Shown here: positions 36,830-45,085 of the stretch, in pieces
Layout: every line of letters starts with the position of its first letter
How positions within the stretch are numbered: position 1 is the first letter of the stretch
Assembly: GCA_964503265.1 (NCBI GenBank)
Contig: CAZCYO010000001.1
Location: 290,064 to 354,063 of the forward strand
Length of the DNA: 64,000 bases
Direction: 5' to 3'
Source: an uncultured Gammaproteobacteria bacterium
GTDB lineage: Bacteria; Patescibacteriota; Microgenomatia; Levybacterales; UBA12049
Position numbers and translations under genes: made by a program
Notes under the pieces: generated by a model
Databases searched by the model: none
Seen by the model: only the letters and a program-made list of their open reading frames with translations
Told to the model about the DNA's origin: nothing

Positions 36830-38701
36830 ATGAAAAAATTTATTAACACTTTTGTCATTTTCTTTTCCTCTTTCATTCTTTATTCATTAGTTCTTATTCC
36901 AATCTCTCACGCTGCATCAAAGAATTTTTCGACAAATCTTGCTGGTACGTATACTGTTAATGAAAACGCAGTAACTCATGCTGACCTAACCGTTTCTTTA
37001 AAAAATACAACATCACAGTGGTATGCTTCATCCTATTCATTTCAGGTCGGATTTAAAAGTGTTTCAAATGTATCAGCGTATGACTCTGGAGGCGCTATTA
37101 CTCCTACAGTAACACGAACAGATGTTGGAACAGTTGTTTCTGTGGTTTTTAACGATAAGGTTGTGGGACTGGATAAACAAAATGTATTTCACGTATCATT
37201 TGACACTATCGATATTGCTCAAAAAAATGGGCAGATATGGGAAATTAATATACCAGGAGTAGCAAATCAGGAAGATTTTACTGATTTTAATGTTGAAGTA
37301 AAAGTTCCTAAAAATTTTGGTAAACCTACCTATATCAAGCCTGACCAGGGGAATAGTAGTCTTGTCTTTAATAAAGAACAATTAGGAAAATCAGGTATTT
37401 CAATCTCTTTTGGTGAAGCACAGTATTATGCATATGATTTAACATATCATTTAAAAAATAGTAACGTATTTCCAATTCCCGCAACCATAACACTTCCGCC
37501 TACGACTAACTATCAAGAAGTTATTTTAGATTCATTACATCCAAAACCACGCACTGTTACCAAAGATGCTGATGGTAACTGGATTGCGTCATACCAACTG
37601 CTTCCATCTCAAAAGTTAAACGTAGTAGCCAAAGGACGAATTGCAGTTTCACTTACCCCTAAGAGTGAACCCTTAACTCAAAAAGATAAAGCAGTCTATT
37701 TAGCAGAGCAGCCGTACTGGACTATTTCAAATGCTCGAATTAAAAAACTTGCAGCTGATTTAAAAACACCTGAAGCAATTTATGAATATGTTGTTAAGAC
37801 ATTGTCTTATGATTTTTCCAGAGTCACAGATAACAAGCCTCGTCTGGGTGGAGTGAATGTTCTATCGACTCCAAATTCTGCTGTTTGCCTGGAGTTTACT
37901 GATCTTTTTGTGACGCTTGCACGTGCAGCGGGAATACCTGCCCGTGAAATGGATGGATTTGCATTTACAGAAAATACGAGACAGCGTCCACTTTCAAAAG
38001 TCCAAGATATTCTTCACGCATGGCCAGAATACTACGACGACACGAAACGTGCATGGATCATGGTTGATCCCACATGGGGAAATACAACAGGTGGTATTGA
38101 TTATTTTCATACACTTGATTATGACCATGTCGTTTTTGCTATAAAAGGAGCAGATAGTACGTCTCCTCGTCCAGCTGGAGGATATAAATATGCTGGTGAC
38201 GAAAATAAAAAAGATGTTATTATCACTTTTGCTGATAGTATTACACCCGCAGACCCTGTACTACAAGTACAGCCAATTCTCCCAAGCCGTGCATCGACAG
38301 GGTTTGATATCATGGGAAGCGTGCTCATTCAAAATAATGGTGATCGCGAATCTCCCAAAAAAGAAATAACCATCACCGCATCAAATCTTAGTCCATATAC
38401 CCAAACCATCACAGTTCCGCAGCTTCCACCATTTGGAAAAATAGATCTTCCTGTTTCGTTTTATAAGGAGAAACTTTTGACAAACAAAACATCCACAATT
38501 ACAATACAGTTTGCTGACACTGTTTTTACGAGAGAAATTGCCATTAGCCCACTTGGATTAACACGAAATCAGCTACTTGGAGGAATTATTTTTGGTATTT
38601 CAACGATCATCTTACTTATCACTGCCTACAAAGCCAGGAGTCTATATGTTCTTCGACGAACACGGGAAAATTCTTTACGTGGGGAAAGCGAAGGATCTTA
38701 A
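36830..38701 (+). CDS. Secreted transglutaminase-like superfamily protein with C-terminal TM anchor
   Basis: Signal peptide. The Cys-His-Asp core appears as NSAVCLEFTDLFVTLARAAGIPAR...HAWPEYY...MVDPTWG. Confidence 0.6.
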   Translation: MKKFINTFVIFFSSFILYSLVLIPISHAASKNFSTNLAGTYTVNENAVTHADLTVSLKNTTSQWYASSYSFQVGFKSVSNVSAYDSGGAITPTVTRTDVGTVVSVVFNDKVVGLDKQNVFHVSFDTIDIAQKNGQIWEINIPGVANQEDFTDFNVEVKVPKNFGKPTYIKPDQGNSSLVFNKEQLGKSGISISFGEAQYYAYDLTYHLKNSNVFPIPATITLPPTTNYQEVILDSLHPKPRTVTKDADGNWIASYQLLPSQKLNVVAKGRIAVSLTPKSEPLTQKDKAVYLAEQPYWTISNARIKKLAADLKTPEAIYEYVVKTLSYDFSRVTDNKPRLGGVNVLSTPNSAVCLEFTDLFVTLARAAGIPAREMDGFAFTENTRQRPLSKVQDILHAWPEYYDDTKRAWIMVDPTWGNTTGGIDYFHTLDYDHVVFAIKGADSTSPRPAGGYKYAGDENKKDVIITFADSITPADPVLQVQPILPSRASTGFDIMGSVLIQNNGDRESPKKEITITASNLSPYTQTITVPQLPPFGKIDLPVSFYKEKLLTNKTSTITIQFADTVFTREIAISPLGLTRNQLLGGIIFGISTIILLITAYKARSLYVLRRTRENSLRGESEGS

Positions 38702-40004
38702 GTCTCGCGTTTCGTCGTATTTTACCAGTCCTCACGAATTCGAACCGAAAACACAGCAACTTGTCACCCACATTCAGAAAATTAAAATAACGATCGTCGA
38801 ATCTGAACTTGAATCATTACTACTTGAAGCGTTTTATATTAAAAAATTTACTCCTAAATATAATATTCGTCTGGTAGATAACAAAACATATCCGATGATT
38901 AAAATTACTGCAAAAGATACATATCCTGCTGTTTTTATGACTCGAAAAATAACTGATAGTAAATCAATATACTTTGGGCCATATCCTAGCTCTAGTAGTG
39001 TAAAACTCGTTCTAAAAACGATTCGTCGAGCGTTTCCCTATATGTCGACGACCAATCATCCAAAGAGAACGTGTTTATATAACCATATCGGGCTTTGTCC
39101 ATGCCTTCCAGTCAATAATTCACCAGAGGTAAAACGTGAATATAAAAAAAATATTAAACAAATTATTCGAATATTGGAAGGCGAATCGCCTAAAATTATA
39201 AAAGAATTAGAACGAGAACGAGATAAGATGAGTAAAGAAGAGAAATATGAAGAAGCAGCACTTCTCCAAAAACGGATTGCAGCTATGAATTTTATCACCA
39301 GTCCATTCCATCGACCAGGTGAATATGACATCAATCCAAACCTACGTGAAGATATTAGAGTAAACGAACTGAATGATTTAAAGAATGTATTAAATAGCGC
39401 CGGTTACCGAATTGAAAAATTAGACAAAATAGAGTGTTATGACATCTCACATATCCAAGGTACTAACACGACGGCTTCTCTCGTGGTATTTGTTAAAGGA
39501 GAGAAAGAATCTTCACTCTATCGAAAATTTAAAATACAATTAGAAAAAACTCCTGATGATTTCGCTTCAATGCAAGAAGTGCTCAGGCGTCGTCTAAAAC
39601 ACACAGAATGGGAATATCCTGACTTAGTGATAGTCGATGGAGGAAAAGGTCAGGTATCATCAGCACTGGAACTGTTTAATGAACTAAATATCACAATTCC
39701 ACTAATCGGACTCGCTAAACGTGAAGAAACCATCGTAGTGCCACTTACACATCCACAAATATCTAACAATCTGTCATTCCCGCGAAGACGGGAATCCAGT
39801 CATATAAATGAAGATCCAATAAATTCCCGTCTCCTTTCGCAGGTTCGTGACCTTCGCGGAAATGATAAAGAAAACTTCCAAGAAATTGTTATCCCTCATT
39901 CATCGAAGGCGCTTCACCTTATGATGAGAATTCGGGATGAAGCGCATCGGTTTGCGGTAACGTATCACCGCAAGCTTCGCTCAAAAGCTTTTATCGAGAA
40001 ATAG
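38577..40004 (+). CDS. uvrC: Excinuclease ABC subunit C
   Basis: N-terminal GIY-YIG PGVYMFFDEHGKILYVGKAKDLKSRVSSYF, a central UvrC/RNaseH-like region, and the C-terminal IRDEAHRFAVTYHRKLR. Carries a 32-codon repeat insertion at 39772-39867. Confidence 0.9.
   Translation: MEELFLVFQRSSYLSLPTKPGVYMFFDEHGKILYVGKAKDLKSRVSSYFTSPHEFEPKTQQLVTHIQKIKITIVESELESLLLEAFYIKKFTPKYNIRLVDNKTYPMIKITAKDTYPAVFMTRKITDSKSIYFGPYPSSSSVKLVLKTIRRAFPYMSTTNHPKRTCLYNHIGLCPCLPVNNSPEVKREYKKNIKQIIRILEGESPKIIKELERERDKMSKEEKYEEAALLQKRIAAMNFITSPFHRPGEYDINPNLREDIRVNELNDLKNVLNSAGYRIEKLDKIECYDISHIQGTNTTASLVVFVKGEKESSLYRKFKIQLEKTPDDFASMQEVLRRRLKHTEWEYPDLVIVDGGKGQVSSALELFNELNITIPLIGLAKREETIVVPLTHPQISNNLSFPRRRESSHINEDPINSRLLSQVRDLRGNDKENFQEIVIPHSSKALHLMMRIRDEAHRFAVTYHRKLRSKAFIEK
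39772..39867 (+). repeat. 96-nt nested-palindrome repeat inserted in-frame in uvrC
   Basis: Terminal inverted repeats TGTCATTCCCGCGAAG and CTTCGCGGAAATGATA (14 of 16 positions complementary). Internal hairpins ATTCCCG/CGGGAAT. The length is a multiple of 3 and it adds about 32 aa relative to the E. coli UvrC C-terminal region. Confidence 0.6.
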
Positions 40005-41346
40005 CGTAGCTATACGGAAAATAGAGAAATGCTGCGGGAGAATCATCTTGGAGATATTTTTGGAAATCAGAATAGAGCTGCTGACGTTCTTCTATGTTAA
40101 GTGATTTTCTTGCATCCTCAAGCAATTTATCAATTCTTTTACTATCGTATTTTGTAATATTTGTTTGTTGCTTTGAATGCCAAAGAGAGTATTGATCTGG
40201 ATCTTTTGGCAAACTAAATTCTCCAAGATATAATTGGAATGTGTCAGGCACACTGTCTACAATTAATACTTTAGAACGCACTCCTGCTTTTCTCCATTCT
40301 TTACTTATTTCTTCAGCTGAATCCTTATATTTCTCAAGTACTTTAATTGTTACTTCGGGAATCTTTCCACTATTTGCATCTTTTACTGCTGTCAGAAGTA
40401 AATTTGCATGAGCCAGATCTTGTTTTTTATCTGGAAGCTTGGTATCAAAATAAATGGATTTAGGAGAAAAAGGAAGGTATGCTCTCTCGCCAAGAGAAAA
40501 CGTATCTGGAATACTATACGCAAGTCCATTTCTAAATTTTTTATCTGAGAGTGATGGATCCTGCGTGTTAAAAAATAATGTTACAAGTCTCGAATAATCA
40601 GTACTTACTGTTACTGAGGTTGAAGGGAATGTTGAGAATTTCTTTCCTCGAAATTCTTGATTAGTTAATCCGTATGTTTCAGATACTTCACCAAGCAAGA
40701 ATGCAGTTTTAAGGGTATCTTCAGTTTGATAGAAAATATAATTTTGGGTATCAAGTTTATTTTTTAAATCCGTAATTCTAATTGATTGAATAAAATCTCC
40801 ATTTGTTTTCGCATTCTCAACTCGATACTGTCCAAGTCCTACCATTCGATCTTTAAAAATTGGACGGGAAGCTGTAACTAAAAAAGGCGAGTATGTATCT
40901 TGAAGTTCAAATTCAATCGAATATTTGGATGGGTATGTAACTTTTACACCAGAAAAATTATATGAGAGAAGCTCTGAGGTGAGTGGTGTTCCATCTGAGA
41001 ATGTAAGGTTTTTACGAATAGTAAATATATATTTCTTCCCACCCTCATTTACTTCCCATTTCTCAGCTACATCAGGCAAAATAGATCCATCTGGACCGAT
41101 TTTCGTTAATCCACGAGTTAGTTTCTCTGTAATAATTGGTGGAAGTTTACTTGATGTATATGAACCAACAATACCAATTGTTTGTTTTTTCTTACTTGGA
41201 AAAAAACGAACAATATATTTAGATGTAGAAAGAAGAACATAAAAAATAACAAGACCACTAATAAATGAGAGAGCAATAACTTTACCCCACTTTTTTAAAT
41301 AAGCTTTGAAAAGCCAAAAAATGAGACGTTTTCGAAACGTTGCCAT
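39991..41346 (-). CDS. Family-5 solute-binding protein-like (OppA/DppA-type), membrane anchored
   Basis: GLTKIGPDGSILPDVAEKWEV..GGKKYIFTIRKNLTFSDGTPLT matches the SBP_bac_5 signature. N-terminal TM. Confidence 0.5.
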   Translation of the reverse strand: MATFRKRLIFWLFKAYLKKWGKVIALSFISGLVIFYVLLSTSKYIVRFFPSKKKQTIGIVGSYTSSKLPPIITEKLTRGLTKIGPDGSILPDVAEKWEVNEGGKKYIFTIRKNLTFSDGTPLTSELLSYNFSGVKVTYPSKYSIEFELQDTYSPFLVTASRPIFKDRMVGLGQYRVENAKTNGDFIQSIRITDLKNKLDTQNYIFYQTEDTLKTAFLLGEVSETYGLTNQEFRGKKFSTFPSTSVTVSTDYSRLVTLFFNTQDPSLSDKKFRNGLAYSIPDTFSLGERAYLPFSPKSIYFDTKLPDKKQDLAHANLLLTAVKDANSGKIPEVTIKVLEKYKDSAEEISKEWRKAGVRSKVLIVDSVPDTFQLYLGEFSLPKDPDQYSLWHSKQQTNITKYDSKRIDKLLEDARKSLNIEERQQLYSDFQKYLQDDSPAAFLYFPYSYAISR

Positions 41347-41348
41347 AA

Positions 41349-41564
41349 TTATCTATGTGGGAAAAGAAGCGCAAGTGAGATAATTCCAAGAATGACTGCT
41401 AAGATCACTGTAGCTGCTATCAATATTTTTTCAATATTTTGTTTACTTCGATATGCTTCGCCGCCGCCGCCAAATACAGGAGATAATCCTCCACCTTGTG
41501 CTTGAAGAAGAATAGCTCCAATGAGTAACACTGAAACGATTATTTGAATAATGTCTAATATCAT
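41349..41564 (-). CDS. secG: Preprotein translocase subunit SecG
   Basis: 71 aa with two TM helices and LLQAQGGGLSPVFGGGGEAY, the SecG Gly-rich loop. Confidence 0.7.
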   Translation of the reverse strand: MILDIIQIIVSVLLIGAILLQAQGGGLSPVFGGGGEAYRSKQNIEKILIAATVILAVILGIISLALLFPHR

Positions 41565-41663
41565 AAATAAATTAAGATAGGAGTTACTAGTTAGAAGCTA
41601 GCACAAATAAAATTTATTATTTAATCGCTAACTTCTGTATTATATCTCCTAATTTCTATCCTA

Positions 41664-42638
41664 TTATACCGCTTTACTCACTAGCTCTGCAAGTTTATTG
41701 TGATCATGATAGAGCGGGAATGATTCATTTATTAAATCTGACAATACGAGATTATAATCAGTGGTATTTTCCTCTGCAAGTCTCACATATGTATAGTCAA
41801 AATCGAGATCTTCAGGGAGAGGAAATGAGAAATTATTATTTGCTATTACTTTCGTAAACGGAAAATCTCCTAAATGTTTCCGAATTGCTTGAACGAAATC
41901 ATCTACCGTATATCCTTTCGTTTCAAATGGTTTATTTGCCACATTTACCACGAAAATTTTAGGAGACGTACTTGTCAGAAGCGCTTGTTTTATTCCAGGA
42001 ATAATGATTGATGGCAACACTGTCGTATATAAGTCCCCTGGTCCTACGATAATTAAATCTGCTTTTTCGATAGCGGAAATTGCATCAGGGGAGGCGGCAG
42101 CATCAGATGGATTAAGAAATACTGCATCAAGTCTACTGTCTCCATGAAATTTTCCAAGATCAATATTCTCTTCTCCATGAATTTCTTGTCCTTCTGTGGT
42201 TCTCGCATAAATCTCAACAGGTTCAGAAGTTGCTGGAACTATATTTTCTTTAATTTTAAATAACTTTTTCAATAAACTAATTGCTCCAGTAAAGCTACCA
42301 GTAATATCTGTCGCTGCAGCAAGCATGAGATTACCAAGTTTATGTCCAGATAATTCTTCATCTTTTCCATATCTATCACCAGGAAAACGGTATGTCAAAA
42401 GCTTAGAGAGCGTTTCGTTATTATTATCCATCAGAGCAGCCATGCAGGATGCGACATCTCCTGGTGGGAGAATATTATAAAGCCTTCGTAATCTTCCGCC
42501 TGAACCACCATCATCAGCCATAGATACAATAGCCGTAATATCATCAGAATACTCTTTTAGTCCTTTAATGAGATTTACTGTGCCGATACCTCCACCGAGG
42601 CATACAATTTTTTTATGATTAAGGATAGATTCTTTCAT
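41664..42638 (-). CDS. yvcK: YvcK/CofD-family protein (gluconeogenesis factor, UPF0052)
   Basis: IVCLGGGIGTVNLIKGL...AIVSMADDGGSGGRLRR...LPPGDVASCMAAL. Start set at the internal M (MKESIL...), giving an ATGA overlap with the upstream gene. The track ORF extends to 42743. Confidence 0.75.
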   Translation of the reverse strand: MKESILNHKKIVCLGGGIGTVNLIKGLKEYSDDITAIVSMADDGGSGGRLRRLYNILPPGDVASCMAALMDNNNETLSKLLTYRFPGDRYGKDEELSGHKLGNLMLAAATDITGSFTGAISLLKKLFKIKENIVPATSEPVEIYARTTEGQEIHGEENIDLGKFHGDSRLDAVFLNPSDAAASPDAISAIEKADLIIVGPGDLYTTVLPSIIIPGIKQALLTSTSPKIFVVNVANKPFETKGYTVDDFVQAIRKHLGDFPFTKVIANNNFSFPLPEDLDFDYTYVRLAEENTTDYNLVLSDLINESFPLYHDHNKLAELVSKAV

Positions 42639-43036
42639 TCGTTTAACCAGCGGGATATACCCATAAAGACCGTCATTATAGCAGAGCAGAACAAATAGGA
42701 CAAAAGGCGATTTAGCGTGATACTTGTAACAACGACTCCCCAAAGAGAAAATCCATGGAGTGTGGTTTTTGAGATATCAACTTGGGGAAGGAAAATAGTC
42801 ATTAAATAGAGAATTAACGTATTAATTAAAAAAGTAAAAAGGCCAGTAGAAATAATGGTTAACGGGAAGCTAATAATGCCAATTATTGGTTTAATAATAT
42901 AATATAAAATGGTTAAAACAATGCCTGCCAAGAGATATGTTTGAAAACCACCACTAATTGAAATGCCACTCAGAAAGAAGGGGAAAAGTGCTAGGGAAAT
43001 AGCATAGTAAATAACATGACGAAGGACAGATTTCAT
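42635..43036 (-). CDS. Small polytopic membrane protein (DUF360/YvlD-like)
   Basis: 133 aa with 4 TM helices. Family assignment is tentative. Confidence 0.3.
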   Translation of the reverse strand: MKSVLRHVIYYAISLALFPFFLSGISISGGFQTYLLAGIVLTILYYIIKPIIGIISFPLTIISTGLFTFLINTLILYLMTIFLPQVDISKTTLHGFSLWGVVVTSITLNRLLSYLFCSAIMTVFMGISRWLNE

Positions 43037-43151
43037 CGTGAGTTGATCGTATCAATAACGATCAACAGTGTCAAACAAGTGAGGTTGTAAGACTGATTGC
43101 ATTTACCCTCAAATCAACGTATAGTTAAGTACACAAATTTATAAAAATACT

Positions 43152-44309
43152 ATGAATACAATTGTTTGTAATTACTGCGGTAAAGATGTCGAGATATCGA
43201 CTGCTATTACTTCACAAATTCAAAACCAAGTTCTTGAAGAAGAGCGAAAACGTCACCAAGATGAGATGACAAAAATGCTCCGTGATACACAGGAAAAGGC
43301 CGAGAAAAAAATTAAAGAAGAGTTCTCCTTTCAAATCGAAAATTCCAGAAAAGAAGCAACTGAGATGAAAGAGCGTACTGACAAGCTGATGCAGGATTTG
43401 CTTAAAGCAAATGAAGAAGCAAGACTTATGAAACAGCGAGAAGAAGAGCGAGAAATCGAGATGCAAAAAAAGTTAGCAAGTGAGCGCGAACGACTTTCTG
43501 AAGAAATTGGAAAATCTGAACGAGAAAAAGTTAATTTAGAGAAAATGGAGCTCCAGAAGCAGCTTGATGATACGAAAAAAGCACTTGAAGATGCACAGCG
43601 TAAAGCTGCTCAAAAATCACAACAATTACAAGGAGAAGTACTCGAACTTGAAATTGAAACCATGCTTAAAAACACATTTCCGCAGGATGAGATTATTCCA
43701 GTTGGAAAAGGTGTGTCTGGTGCTGATATTTGTCAAATTGTTAAAAGTCCACGAGGGTTTATCTGCGGGAAAATCCTTTGGGAATTTAAGCGAACACAAT
43801 CATGGTCAGATAAATGGATTGCGAAGCTAAAAGAAGACATGCGAGTTGAAAAAGCAGATATTGCAGTGATTGTAAGTCTCGATCTTCCAGATGAAGCCAA
43901 AAATGGTATAGGAAATAAAGAAGGAGTGGTGATTTCAGGGCATGACTTTATTATTCCAGTTGCAATGATGCTTCGAAAAAACTTATTAGATGTCGGATTT
44001 GAAAAAGCAAAATCAATAAATAAAGGTGAAAAAGCTGAAGTGGTTTTTACCTATATAACGAGTCGAGAATTCCAGCAACAAGTTGAAAATATCGTCGATG
44101 CATATCGCGAAATCCACGGCCAAATTTTAAAAGAACGAACTGCTTTTGAAAAGATCTGGAAACAACGTGAAGTTCAAGCTCAGCGAATTATCACCAGTAC
44201 TGCGAATATATTCGGAACACTCCAAGGAACTGCAGGTGCCTCAATGCCACAAATTAAAGGCCTCGATTTGATTGAAGATGGAGAAGAGCAACTTGACTTA
44301 CTCGGATAA
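43152..44309 (+). CDS. DUF2130-like protein: N-terminal CxxC, long coiled coil, C-terminal PD-(D/E)xK-like nuclease motif
   Basis: CNYCGK at the N-terminus, a K/E-rich heptad region, then GADICQIV...GKILWEFK (D...E-x-K). The stop overlaps the rnhB ATG by 1 nt. Confidence 0.4.
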   Translation: MNTIVCNYCGKDVEISTAITSQIQNQVLEEERKRHQDEMTKMLRDTQEKAEKKIKEEFSFQIENSRKEATEMKERTDKLMQDLLKANEEARLMKQREEEREIEMQKKLASERERLSEEIGKSEREKVNLEKMELQKQLDDTKKALEDAQRKAAQKSQQLQGEVLELEIETMLKNTFPQDEIIPVGKGVSGADICQIVKSPRGFICGKILWEFKRTQSWSDKWIAKLKEDMRVEKADIAVIVSLDLPDEAKNGIGNKEGVVISGHDFIIPVAMMLRKNLLDVGFEKAKSINKGEKAEVVFTYITSREFQQQVENIVDAYREIHGQILKERTAFEKIWKQREVQAQRIITSTANIFGTLQGTAGASMPQIKGLDLIEDGEEQLDLLG

Positions 44310-44926
44310 TGAAAATTCCATTCCCTACATTTATTGAAGAACAACACTTCTGGGATATCGGCAAAAAATATATAGCAGGTGTCGATGAAGTCGGAAGAGG
44401 TGCGTTTGCAGGGCCTGTGGTGACCGCTGCTGTCATACTTCCAACAACCTTTCCGCAAACCCTAGGTATTCATGATTCCAAGTTACTAAAAGTTGAACAG
44501 AGAGAAACACTTGCTACTATTATTAAAGAAAAGGCGATAGCATATTCTATAAACGAAGTATGTGTAGAGTGTATTAATAAAGAAGGAATTGGCAAAGCAA
44601 CTCAGAAATCATTTGTAAACTCAATTGTAAATCTAATTGTAAAGCCTGATTTTATTTTTGTCGATGCGTTTTATATCGAACATATGGACAAATCTATCCA
44701 AAAACCTATTATTAAAGGCGATCAACTCTCACTTTCTATTGCTGCTGCGTCAATAATCGCGAAAGTATATCGAGATGCTCTCATGGAGAAATTAGGCAAT
44801 GATCACCCTCAATATGATTTTGGAACACATAAAGGATACGGAACCGCATCTCACAGAGCAGCAATTAAAGCATTCGGCCTCACACCCTTACACCGAACCT
44901 CATTTAGCCTCCAAAAGTATACATAA
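44309..44926 (+). CDS. rnhB: Ribonuclease HII
   Basis: GVDEVGRGAFAGPVVTAAVIL matches the RNase HII DEaGRG motif. Confidence 0.9.
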   Translation: MKIPFPTFIEEQHFWDIGKKYIAGVDEVGRGAFAGPVVTAAVILPTTFPQTLGIHDSKLLKVEQRETLATIIKEKAIAYSINEVCVECINKEGIGKATQKSFVNSIVNLIVKPDFIFVDAFYIEHMDKSIQKPIIKGDQLSLSIAAASIIAKVYRDALMEKLGNDHPQYDFGTHKGYGTASHRAAIKAFGLTPLHRTSFSLQKYT

Positions 44927-44927
44927 C

Positions 44928-44999
44928 TGTCATTCCCGACTTGACGATTTATCCTAAATTTATTCTCTAATCAAATTGTACTGTTGAGTATCGGGAATC
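44928..44999 (+). repeat. Hairpin repeat copy with long loop (TGTCATTCCCGA...TCGGGAATC)
   Basis: Begins 1 nt after the rnhB stop. Arms ATTCCCGA and TCGGGAAT. Confidence 0.4.
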
Positions 45000-45085
45000 T
45001 ACACGATAATCTCCTTATTTGTACCCAGAACTAAATTATCCATAAGTTTTCTGTAATCTTCTTATAAGGTTCCTATCAAGCTCAC

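Noticed and set aside
41565-41663. Imperfect inverted repeat AGAAGCTAGC...GCTAACTTCT between yvcK and secG
   Set aside because: Possibly an intergenic terminator or attenuator, but the arms are imperfect and no U-tract follows, so it is not reported as a feature.
44928-44999. Treating the TGTCATTCCCGA...TCGGGAATC segment after rnhB as a rho-independent terminator
   Set aside because: The loop is about 50 nt and there is no U-tract. It fits the repeat family better than a terminator.
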